Part shown: positions 1 to 11,700 of the stretch, in pieces
Numbering within the stretch: the stretch's first letter is position 1
Layout: each line of letters begins with the position of its first letter
Assembly: GCA_051294375.1 (NCBI GenBank)
Contig: CM119271.1
Span: 15,630,770 to 15,694,769 of the forward strand
Length of the DNA: 64,000 nucleotides
Reading direction: 5' to 3'
DNA from: Paraspadella gotoi
Taxonomy: Eukaryota; Animalia; Chaetognatha
Notes under the pieces: generated by a model
The model's database searches: none
The model's input: only the letters and a program-made list of their open reading frames with translations
Told to the model about the DNA's origin: nothing
Translations under genes and position numbers: made by a program

Positions 1-963
1 TTCCTTGAAACTTCGAGGTCAAATCAGGCGCCGCGGCGACTCTCATTAAGCCGTCTAAAAAAAACAATAGGAACAGGAGCGAGAAAACTCTTCCGAAACT
101 GATCCGTCGAGGGAAATGAGATAATCTGTAATGTTTGAAAGTGAGATGTTCTTTATAAGGGGATCCCATGCCGGCGCGGTTGTTGCCGCTGGCGCCAGCC
201 TCGCGACGGAGACGCCACGCGTCGTCGAATTCCTTGCGCATCTTTTCTTCGTCCCAATTTTGGAAGTTGTCGTCGTACGTGGTCGTGTCGCCGTATCTCC
301 TTCCTGAAACTGTAAATATTTCACAAATATTAAATAGGCAATGTAATAAGCTGAAAAAACTTGTTAAAACCATTCGCTCAAATTATACGTATGAAAGTTA
401 ATCTTTAATTGCCAAATTAATTGAATTCGCCTAACAGATAAACAGGCCTTAAACAGGACTTATTGGAATAAATAATGTTAAATATAAAGTTTTAAACGGT
501 ATCAAAACAAACAAATCAACAACGGGCATAAATAAAGACGACCTAAAAACTTACCCGTGGATCGGAAAGGATCGGCGGACAAAGTGAGGTCGTAATCTTT
601 TCGACTCCTTGCATTGGAAAGGACGTTGTAGGCCTCCGACACGGCCTTGAACCGTTCTTCCGCCTTCGGGTCGCCGGGATTCACATCCGGGTGAAACTCT
701 TTCGACCGGATGTAAAAGGCGTTTTTAATTTCGTCGGCCGAGGCGTTCCGCTCGAGTCCCAGAGTTTTGTAGTGATTGTCCACCGAGCCCGTGGTAGAAA
801 ATGCTCGACATCGCCACGCCAGTGTCACTGACGAGGGTTTGTGGGCGTCGGAGATCGAGGGGAAGATGGAAAGATGAAATGAGCGCAGGGTTGCGACGAG
901 ACGAGGGTTACCCTCCACGAGAGACGTTAATCTTTGCAATGACGTCAACGCCGAATGCATCAT
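1..963 (-). CDS. Mitochondrial-type DnaJ (type III, DNAJC4/DNAJC30-like); 3' end runs off the window
   Basis: Exon 1 (963-~555) encodes a presequence-like N-terminus and a J-domain (NHYKTLGL...KEFHPDVNP...RKDYD, HPD motif). GTAAG donor, CAG acceptor at 306-304. Exon 2 stays open to position 1 and includes a hydrophobic stretch (SLLFLLFFL). Confidence 0.85.
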
Positions 964-2256
964 TCCAGTTTTCTAAAGTCCGAAGAAGCGAAAATACGAT
1001 TTCGTCATCTTCCAAACAAAGTTTTTTTAACCAATTTACATGTTATACATTAAGTACGTCCGCTCGATGCCCAGAGAACGTACTTTGCACTTGTTTTGTC
1101 TCCTTGTATAGGGAAAAAAAAGACAAACAATTTTGACTAAAACTAAAACGATTAAAAAATTGCGGGAGGAAAGAGGAATTTGAACTTAAAAAAAAAAAAA
1201 AGAATTGAACTCTTTATGGAGAAAAGAAGTCAAGGTAAAAAAGAAAATACGCAGGATGGAATAAATTAAAACATGGTGGGAGTCGGGTTTCAATGTCGTT
1301 AATGTTTAGTTCGAAAGGCATTTTAAACCTGCAAAAACGGATTGCAAGATGAAAAGCATCACTTTTTATCGTTGATATAAATGATATGTAAACTAGTTGC
1401 ACGACGCGGGGGGAATAAAAGTGAGAATAATTAATAATAACTAAAATGCATCATTCACCCTGTAGCAGCTCGCTACGGCGTGAATGAATTCATTAGCGCT
1501 GATAGCGTCGGAATAAAACAAACTTCTTTCTTGAAGTGAACTTAATCGAAATGATAAAATAAAAATGGGTGTTTCAAAAATGGGGACAGGTTTGCGATGC
1601 AGGTTAATTAATATCAGCTGCCCGGATCAATTCGAATGTAGACTAGTTTTAAATCGACTTCAATTGGAAGACATCAGACTCAAAAACCTAATATTTTCTT
1701 TCCTTTTAAAGTTGGTAAACAACTACGTAAACATTGCATAAATTATGGACGATATAGATTATAGATTGTAGAATATCACTGTCGCTCTAAATCTAATATA
1801 TAATAGCGCACGCACTTTACTAATCTCTTTCTAGCTCATAAAACGAGCGAGTGGAATAACTTAATGGTATAAAACAATGATTGTAAATATAAAACAAAAA
1901 AAATCTCAAATCGGCGTCGTAGTAGATAGGATGTAGCGAGAGAAAAGTGAGAGAGGAAATGATGACGATGTGACACGCGACAAATTTGTAATGAATTATT
2001 ACTAAAATTTAAGAAAAATAATGATGTTCTAATCATTTTTTGCAAAACATTTTGAGGCTGAAACAGAGGAAAACGTGATGGACGTGAAATGAAGTGAAGT
2101 AAATGAGAATGAAAAATACAGTTTAAATTTAAAGTTGTAAAAAATGTTGAAGATTTAAGATTAAAGAGAAGCAGAATGTCAAGATTAAAAAAAAATAGCG
2201 AAGTCACTGCGTTAGGAATAAAAAACTAAAAAAAAAAAAAAAAGAATGACTAAAGA

Positions 2257-4136
2257 CTAAAGAGGTAGTTTCTTGGTTTTAGGCTTGAGCGTCATGCTGG
2301 GAAAGAAAGCGTTGAGACGACGCGACGGCGACGAGGGATTCGAGAAGTCGCCTCCGCCTCCGTCTCCATCGCCTCCTCCGGTGTACTTCAGGAACAACCG
2401 ATCTAACTCGTCGTCGTCCAGCGCCGGAAACGCCGTCAATCCCGGCGCCGTCGCTTTCGGCGTCGTCGGCGTCGATTTGGACGAAGAGCAAGAGGACGAC
2501 GACGACGGAGCGTTGCGGCATCGACGAGAGAATCGAGGCGAAGGCGCCGCCGACGACGCCGACGAAGACGGAGACGAAATGGCGACGCTTTCGTAGAGAC
2601 TAGGCGGTTTAGTTCCGCGGGAGAGCGTGCCAAACGGGCTGGCTCCAGCGGAGAGGTCAAAGGACCCGTTGGGGTCGGGGCTGGATGACCCGTCGGGGGC
2701 GCGAAAAGGAGAAGAGTCGCAAGCCCGACCCCAAGAGGCTTGATCGAGGAGGTGTTGTTGAAAGGCGGCCCACCAGACGCGATGGGATTCTGGAGAAGGG
2801 GCGGCGAAGATGGATTCGATGGCAGAAGCTGGAAGATAGGAAGCACCGCTCAAGGGGTCCACGACACGCTCGTCTTCCTCGGCGCCGTCGGCTTCGCGCC
2901 GCACAACGATCGCCTGCTCGTGCGGCGCCCGTTGCGATGCCGACGCCAGCTCGACTCGCCCGCGACAATTGACGGGGACCAAGATGTCGGGCGGTCGGCC
3001 GCTCTCCGCCGCCGATCGAGTCATCCAGCAGGAAAGGTGACGGTCGACGAGGCGGCACCAGAAGGGCGTCCACGTGGTCGTCGTCGTCTCTTCTCCGCGC
3101 AGCAACAAATCTCCCTCCCCGGCCGGTTTGACCTGATAGTAGTAGTTATTGAATGTTATTGTTATTGCTAATTAAATGAGGATTAATTCACTTAACAAAG
3201 GTCAACCTGAACGAGATGTACTTAAAACAAGGTTCAATCAAGTCTAAAAAAATTGTACTTAAGGTATTCCAATTTTAATCTACAATCAACTTACTAATTA
3301 ATTATCATTAAATTAAAATCAAAACTTTACCTTCAACGAGGGTCGGACCGTCAACCGACAGGCCACGTGACCAAAGAGTGGAAGGGAGTCGCGCGACGCC
3401 GCCGAATCGAGGACGTCGAGACGATGGGCGCGGACGTCGTCGTCGGCGTCGTCCAGACGAAGAGTCGTTCGAGCGATGAGAGAGAAAGATGGGGAAGAGG
3501 AAGAGGAGGAGGACGACGACGACAACCCGTCCTCTTCCTCATCTCGCATTCGAGACGCCAGACGTCGACCGACCGACCGACCAACGGAGGAAGTCACGTG
3601 GGTGAGTTTGCGACGAATGAGCGACGGAGTCATCGTCACCGAAACCTTGGGTAAGTTAGTTTTATTGACGAACGTAGTTTTGAGGTACTTCAGTGAAGAG
3701 AGCATTCGTATTTAGTAATATGAAGAAATAATACTGAATAATGGTTAGGAACTGTTAAACTTTTCTGACTCATCATTTCTCTCTTTTATAATAATTCGGA
3801 TGTTCATGAAATACAACGCAAAGATCGGGAGTAAAATGAGTAAAATCCATATTCTATGGCAACAGCCGGGTTGCCTGTGATGCCCGTTGGGATGGGGCTC
3901 TCACTGTAGGCTTTGGAGCTTCCGACCCTCAGTGACGCCTCCAGTCACTGGCGCGGTTACCCTAGGACGGTCTCGCTTTGCCAACGGAGAGGGAAGTCGT
4001 TAGGACTGTGGATGGAACACTACGCCTGGGATGGTGTGTTCCCCCTATGAGCCAATGGTATTGGCTGAACAATCGTGGACGTGAGGTGGTGTGAATATAC
4101 CACCACAATTCCATTAATTTTCTCCAACCTCCCTTT

Positions 4137-4219
<83 letters not shown>

Positions 4220-5193
4220 CTCTCTCACCTCGTCCAAATTCTGGGCGTAAATCTCAACGAGGACTTCGAAATCGGGCGAGACTCTCTTGAAGACGAATGG
4301 TTCGTCGAAGACGACGTCGGTGGAGGCGCCGTCGACGCAGGGCGCCAACGGAGAGTCGCGGACTTGAGCGCCGACGCGCGCCAAGCAAAAGACGGCGAAG
4401 CGGCGCGTCAAGCCGCGCCGCTTGAAATGCTCACGTTCGCCCCACATGAGGGGAACCCGGACGTCGGAGAGAGACGCCACCGCGCGGCAGGGGACGAGGG
4501 AATGGAGGGAGTCTGAGGAAGAAGAGGAGGGGGAGGAAGGGGCGTCGGTGCTGCCGAACAACGCCCGAAGAGTCGCGCCGGATTCGCGGCGTTGAAGTTC
4601 CTATCATAATTCAATTATTACATTAATAAGTTGAATACTGAATATTCATTATTAAACGATGAATGTAGATATTAGAGAATAAATATTGTACAGAGATATT
4701 ATAGCAGGGAGGTATATATCTACATGAGAAATTGTTACCCTGATTATTCATAACATGAACATCGGTTTAAAAAAGTTCAGAGGAGAATTAACTCAGTGAG
4801 ATTATTAAATAATATTAGATATAATATATATAATATTAGTTAATATCGTCCCTCCGCCAAAACCTTCTTCAACGCGTTCATCCTAAACTCCGACACTAAG
4901 AGACTCTTGGCGCCCTCCATCCGCTGCGTCGGCAGCTGGGCCACGTGCAGCAGCTTGGAGGTCCCATCTTGCATCCGAATCTCCCTGTGGATGCTGCTGC
5001 GAAGGCGCGTTGCGGCGTCGTCGTCGTCCGCGTCGTCTTCCACGAACTCATTGTCTCCGCAGCCGCCGCCGCTGACTTCGAGCGGAAGGAAGGAGCGGAG
5101 CAGCGGGGAACCGGCGGAGCGGGAGCGTTGGTGCAGTCGACGGGGGAGCGATTGGAAAGATTGGGGGAGCGGGAGACGGCAGGACTGCTCCAT
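2257..5193 (-). CDS. RTKN: Rhotekin (HR1 + anillin-homology + PH domain), 4 exons
   Basis: HR1-like IHREIRMQDGTSKLL...EGAKSLLVS spliced to ELQRRE; anillin-homology PCRAVASLSDVRVPLMW...FAVFCL and IRRKLTHVTSSVGRSVGRRL; PH-like WTPFWCRLVDRHLSCW. In-phase GT-AG junctions; TAG stop at 2257. Confidence 0.85.
3870..4060 (-). mobile_element. SINE-like repeat, family B copy 1 (RTKN intron)
   Basis: Shares CCATTGGCT head, CAGTGAC..GTCACTG hairpin, CCAAAGCC and GGGCATCACA motifs in the same order with 30550-30745; A-box-like TGGCTCATAGG. Confidence 0.5.
4145..4225. repeat. (CT/GA)n microsatellite starting at a 5' splice donor
   Basis: Visible dinucleotide run directly after GAG|GTGAGA on the minus strand. 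Confidence 0.95.
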
Positions 5194-5765
5194 CGCTGGA
5201 GCCGGAGGCCAAGGTGGGTCGGAGTGTTGGAGTAAAAGTCGCCAAGACGAACATCGAATCTTTACTATGAATTTAAGGTTCAATGATTCTTATTGTTAAT
5301 TACTTTGTAGTAATAATTTGAATAGTTTTGATTATAAAATAAAGTGCAGTAAGCTGAATCGGTGAATGGATGGCAAGAATGTTTTGTTTTTTTTTTTATC
5401 GAGACGCGATGAAGAAAATGGTAAATTGCTAATGGCGGAGTGGGAGATCATTGTTTCTCTTTTTTCGCTTGAAAAGTTTCACTGTTTCCGTCTTGAATTA
5501 AAAATGAAAGAGCAGTCGATACAAGAAATCAAACAAAAGTCGCCCACGAATCCCAAATTGTATTTTGTTATAATAGTTTAAGAGCAACGAGGGGAATAAA
5601 ATTCGTGATTTAGGCCCTAAATTAGGGAATTAGGGAAATACTAATTCAATAATAAATAATACGAGTGACGCGACAACCTCGACAACAACGATCATAATCG
5701 AAATCACTAAATGAAATGAATATGGATATTTCTCAGAAATGCTTTCCTCCGTCGTCCTTCCGTTT

Positions 5766-8700
5766 TCACTCGGCCTCCGCCTTCACTTCCGCTTCGATCT
5801 TGACTTCCGCCATCGACGTCATCGACTCCAAAAAGGCGAGAAACTCTGGGGTGGAGGCGACGTACTTGAAGAGCGAAGAGAGGTGCTCCGCCTCCTCGAG
5901 GGGAAACCAGGCGAAGGCTTCGTGGATTTCCTTTTGTCTCACGAGTTGGAGGAAGTGGGCGGGAGGGTTGGACGCGCGCATTCGGGGCCGGCGCTTCCAG
6001 AGCGGGCGGGGTTTGCGGGAAATGTCGAAGAGGTCCTGAAATGTCATCAACGTTCATTAAATAAATGATTTTTGTACGTTTCTCCTACTATTTCTTCAAA
6101 CCTGAATGGGCTTTCCCGCGGCGCGGGCGACGTCGGGTTCGATCTGACGAAAGAAATAAAGAGTCGCGTCGCCTTTGTGCGGATTGAGGTTGTCGCCGTC
6201 CGTGCGAAGGACCGTCACCTGAAAAAAAAGACCAAAACGGATTGGACGAGTCACGGGAAGGATAAAGGCAGAGGACAACAACGCCGTCGCCTTCACCGTG
6301 CTCGATGCCTCCACGTCCTTGAGGCGAAGAGTGATGTCACACTCCTCCTTGAGTTCGCGACGAGCGCATTCCGCCGCCGATTCCAGGTGGATGCCCGTCG
6401 ACAACACCTTTTCAATTGTGATAAAATAAAATTGTTATATTTAAATAACTTAATCGCCCTGGGCTCTCAATATACAATAATAATCTAAATCGAGGCTTAT
6501 TAAAATTCTATGATTTGATCGCCTCATCAATTTTTATTTCTAAAGAATTCGACTACGCACGAAGTTTAGTCTTACAGTATTTTTTAAAATTATCCAATTA
6601 TTATTATGACAACCGCGATTGAAAACAAAAACTAGTTTAACAGAAATGGGCGATAGGAAAAACTCCAAAGGTCTCTCCAAAAGTGAATATTACGCAATGT
6701 TGATTAAATGATATTTAACTGGTGACGCCAACAACAACGAAACTGGGACACGCCCCTTCTTGACAGAGTACGGTCAGGATCGAGCGACGAACGACGCGGA
6801 AACCAACGCCAATTTGTCCAAACGATTAAGCGAAGAAGCCGATGGAGTGGACAAGGGGAAGCTCTTGGTGAGTTACACCGATATATCGCAATGGAACCAT
6901 TAACTGAAGCTTATAACTGTCATGTCTCTACTGAACAGAACTGCCTCTATTGGTTTCGGGTTCTCTGCTGTCCGCCCTGCGTTTGCTTCTCCCCTTCGGT
7001 CATGACCACGCGGTTGGCCTTCTTTCCTCCAAAGCCGAGTTATAAGATGGTGCCGCTCGCTCATTTGTCTAAAGACAGGCGAGAAGATGACATCAGTACT
7101 TTTACAGGCACCTTTGACATCTCATTCTTTTCATTCTAAATCTAGTGAATTTAAAAAAAAGAAAAGAAAGCGTCAGAGTCGCTTCGATCTCAACTACGCG
7201 TTGCAACTGAAACAATCGTCCAAGTGGCCCTTTGGTCCAGCGGAACTGGATAAGATCGAAGCAGTATTTGTGGAGACCAAACGAAAACAAGTAACGTTTG
7301 AGTAACGTTTGATTCAATCTAATTCAAAGAATCAGGTGGTAAGAGAAAAACTCGTCCCCCTATCAGTCGATCGCCTGTCTCCATTTCAAATGCGTGGATG
7401 AGCCCAAATACACGATCCTCTTCTCGCACACGAACGCCATGGATCTCGGGATGTCGGCTGCGCTGCTGCTGCAGCTAGGAGTTTTTCTCAACTGCAACGT
7501 GTGCAGCTACGACTACTCGGGTTATGGAGAGAGCAGCGGAAGACCGTCGGAGAAGAACATCCGCGCCGACATCGAGGCCGTCTTTCAAAGTTTGATATTT
7601 ATTCATTTATTTATGTTTGGATAAAGATTTAATGATAGTTTTTAAAATTTAATTCGAGATTCATTCTTATTCATCTTAATTTTGGTCTTTTGAATAGTTT
7701 AGTCATTCGTCAGTTGCCTCTTTCAATCAATACCCCCCCTTTAACAGTGCTTAGTGTGAGATACGGCGTACAACCAGGCAAAATCATTTTGTACGGCCAA
7801 AGCGTGGGAACGGCGCCGACTTGCTATCTGGCAGCAAGAAAGAAGGTCGCCGGGGTCATAATCGAATCCGGGTTTATGTCTGGAATGCGGGTAAACGAAT
7901 AAAGGATCGGTCTCTTTCCTCAACATCTCGCAACGACAACCAGTTTTATAGCTTCAATTCCTTATTGATCGACCCAGGTATTCTGTCCCAACAAGCGAGC
8001 GTGCGGTTGCTGCAGACCCGGACGTTGCGGAGATCATTGCTGCGACTCTCTGGTCAACATTGGCGAATGCCCAGATATTGGTAAAAATATAATAGGAAAC
8101 GCGAAAAAGAGACCAAAACAATTTAAGTGTGATCTCTCATTCTCAATCAGAATCGGTCGTCCTCGTCATTCATGGCGAAGCGGACGAAGTAGTTCACGTA
8201 AAACACGGATTCTACATTCAAAGCGAATGTCCCAACACAGGTTCTGTAAATGATCACTAAATTACCAAGGGTCAGACAAAATAGATTCGCCGAAATAGTT
8301 CCGACTACGCGACCTTGATGCGCCTCAATATCTCCTCCTTTTCAGTGGAGCCCCTCTTCCTCGAGATGGGTCGACACAACGACATCCACAGCTTCGTCGC
8401 CTACTGGTATCGACTTAAAAAGTTCGTCGACGTCGAGTTGCCCAAAAGAAACGTGAGGATTTTTGACTTTTTTATTTCGGTTCAGCAAAATTTTTGTCAA
8501 AATTATATTTTATTTTTGGTATAGATTACAGAATCGTTGCCGCCGCCGAAAAATTTTCTTCAAAACAATTCAAATGTAAGAGAATATAATTTTAATATAT
8601 GTGTGAGAGTCTTGATTGAAAGCTTGCAGGGACCTGCTATGTCATTATCTTGTAAGAGTGATGGAGGCCTTAAACCACCAAAGCCTGTCCAAAGTCAGGG

Positions 8701-11700
8701 GCAAGATAGCTTATTTATTAAATGAATGGATAATTTTTATATTGGTTGTACCAATTATATAATATATATTATACACAATTAAGTGTCATACTCATTTGTG
8801 TATCGCAAATATTCAGTTTTGGTTTACGTCACAGGTTTTACAATCGACGGAAATAAAGTCCAGTCCCGCAACGGATATCGAAGCATGAGATTTAATTAAT
8901 GTCATAAAAAAATATATTCTTAAAAGATGAATTATTATTCTTTACTCGAAACTGCGGTTTCGTTTTCGCCAGGGAAATTGGCTTCGCCATAAACACTGTT
9001 TATTAAGCAGTTGCGTCGAACAAAATTATAATGTTAAGCAAAGAGAAGCCAGAAAATTCAGGGGTTCAGACATGCGTATAGTTTTTTACAGCTGGGTAGC
9101 GAGGGCTAGCGAGGCTGTATGAAATTTTATGCCGTCCACCTCACCATCTTTTTTCTGCCAACCTGATGTCGAAATCCTCCGCGCGGAAGTTCCCAGTCTT
9201 TCGTCTCCTCTTCCTCCTCCTTCATTCTATCTCCCCTCCTCCTCATCTCATCGACGGCGCGCTCGGCCAACTCCGCGAATCCGTATTTCGTCTTCAGCGG
9301 AACCGAATCGTCTTCCTCGTCGCTTTTAAGCGAGTTCGTCTCTGGCGCCGTTTTCCCAGTGGGTTCTTCTATTTTATCTTCGTCGGGTTCGTCGTCGTCG
9401 TCGTCGTCGTCGTCTTCTGCGATGTCGGCAACCGCGGATCGCTTCGCTTTCTTCTCAGCTTTGGCGGAGGCGAAGAGGGCCTTCATTTCTGTAAGTAGAC
9501 CGATTCGTTATTATTATCTTATTAATCAATCATTGTATGAATCTGTTATTTTAAAATTATTTTATTCATTTAAAGAAAGAACCGGCGGCGGTTTTTCCTT
9601 CGAGCACTCCCGCCCATCTGTCCATCCACTTCCATTTCGTCAGAGCGAAAAGGGAGGAGAGGGAGGCTTTGTCCATTTTGGCAACGGCTTCTACCTCCTG
9701 CAATACATGATATATGACACGATTAAACTAAAAAACCAAATATATATTCGCAAAGAGAAAAGGAAGAGACCTGATTCGTCCAGCGTTGAATGTTCTTGAC
9801 GACTTTATTCACGTCGATTCTCATCGATCGAGTTGTCGATGAATCACGACGAAACTTGGGACGAGAACCGAAGACGTCCGCTAAAAAAAGTAATAACAAT
9901 TATTAATATTTATGGTTTTTAAGTTTTTAATAAGTTTTTAAAAACTGGAAGTTATCCCAATGAGGCAATACGCAAATTAGAGATTTAATTACTCGATCTC
10001 ATTTCATATTAAACATTTGATAAGTCCTTACATTCCTTACATTACTCCTTAACATTCAAAACCCACCAGCCCTCCTGAAGGCAAAGGCGAGCTCTTGGGC
10101 GACGGGTACAAAGGCGGGGGAGACTTTGTATCGTTTGAGGAGAACCTTGACGAGCATCTCCGACTTGGTGAGGACAACGACGCCAGCGCCCGTGAGGACG
10201 GGGGGAGTCGATGGGTCAACCTCGGAGGAAAAGGTAAGTATAATAGTATAAATTATCCTTTCCCGATTCGACGCAAAGTTATACTCACTTTTAAAATTCG
10301 CTCGCAACTGTTGGTAAGAAGAGTAATGCCGCCGCAAAATGAGACTTGCTTGAAAACAGCGTCGACGTTGACCAGCACCATCCCCGGCTCGAGCGGCGTC
10401 GGGCGACCCTCGGCGATGATCTCCAGTTTCTTTTCCGGATTGAGGCAGAGCAAAGGGCAGGAGAAAGAACCTGAGAAATTTATATCCAAGCATTTTAAAA
10501 GATGGCAAAAACAAAAAGATGGCAAAAACAAATTTAAAAGATGGCAGAAACAAATATTCATCACGAATCGTCACGAATCTTGTAAACAAATCTTCAAAAC
10601 AAATTTGTTCAAAGCCCGGCCTCTTTGAATCATCACCGTTGCCGACGACGACGACGTTCCTCTTCTCCGGCCACACCTCGACGACGATGAGGCGTTCGAG
10701 GATCGACTTGGGCACCGCCCAAGATTCCTGCGGCACCAACATCGTCTTCATCCTTTTACGCGGCTCTTGAAATTCCAGCAGCGAACGCTTTAACCCTTTT
10801 TATAAATTCGATGTAAATTAAACAACATCATATATCATATCAAATTATTCCACCTTGCGACGGAGACGCGACCTCGCGACCCAGAGCGTCGTGCATGACG
10901 ACTTTGACGATCGGCTCGGAGATTGATTTGTGGTCTTGTCCGTTCGTTGCTAAGAAACCGAAAAGAGAGGGAATAGTAAATGGTCTCAAATTTGGTCACT
11001 GGCATCAACTACCGTCTTTCTCAACCCAATTCATTAAGTCTTCCGCAGCTCGAAAAAGAGATTTTGATCTGGAATCGAATCTCTCTCGATACAAAAATAC
11101 TTTTCTCCCCACGAGATGCCAGACTGGATGCAAAGGAGCGCAGTTTCGCGAAACAAAAAATCCTGTCCGCTTCCGTCGTTGCTTAGCGACGTCGACGTCG
11201 CCTCTTTTTTTTCGCGCAAAGACTTCCGGGTGGCAAAAGAGACGGACTCCGATCCGTCCAACTGGCATCAAGGAGGTTTTCGATCCTTTTATGATTTCCG
11301 AGTCTTTGTACCTCAGTCTCGGTTATTATTAACGCAATCCGCGCGGCCTGAGTGCATTCGATGAGTCAACCGAGTTGAGGCGCCAGATTTCGTGACGTCC
11401 GGCGGAAGAGGAAGAGAGACACGATGCCTGAGGAATCGTCAACTGCCGAAACCCGCTCGTCAGATTAACGATTCGATTTTAATAATTTATGTTTAACCCG
11501 CAGGATATAAACAGAAGCGGTTAAAATCATATTCCGATCACCTCGCGCCCGTCCTTTCCTCCACGCCCCTTTCCACCCTGACTTACCCGTGAGGCCGACG
11601 ACGACCCCGAGTGCTCGACAGGCGGCTCTGGATGCGGATTCGACGGCCAAGTCGCCGTCGGGGTATTCCACGTCATCTTCGCTCGAGTATCGCGTCGAGT

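Noticed and set aside
5766-6407. Stand-alone small Nudix gene
   Set aside because: No ATG or upstream exon found nearby, and the WELPRG half of the motif lies in the exon at 9488-9163.
9127-10795. Separate acidic nucleolar-type gene
   Set aside because: Its exons join in phase to the dsRBD exons upstream and encode the N-terminal part of the Nudix fold.
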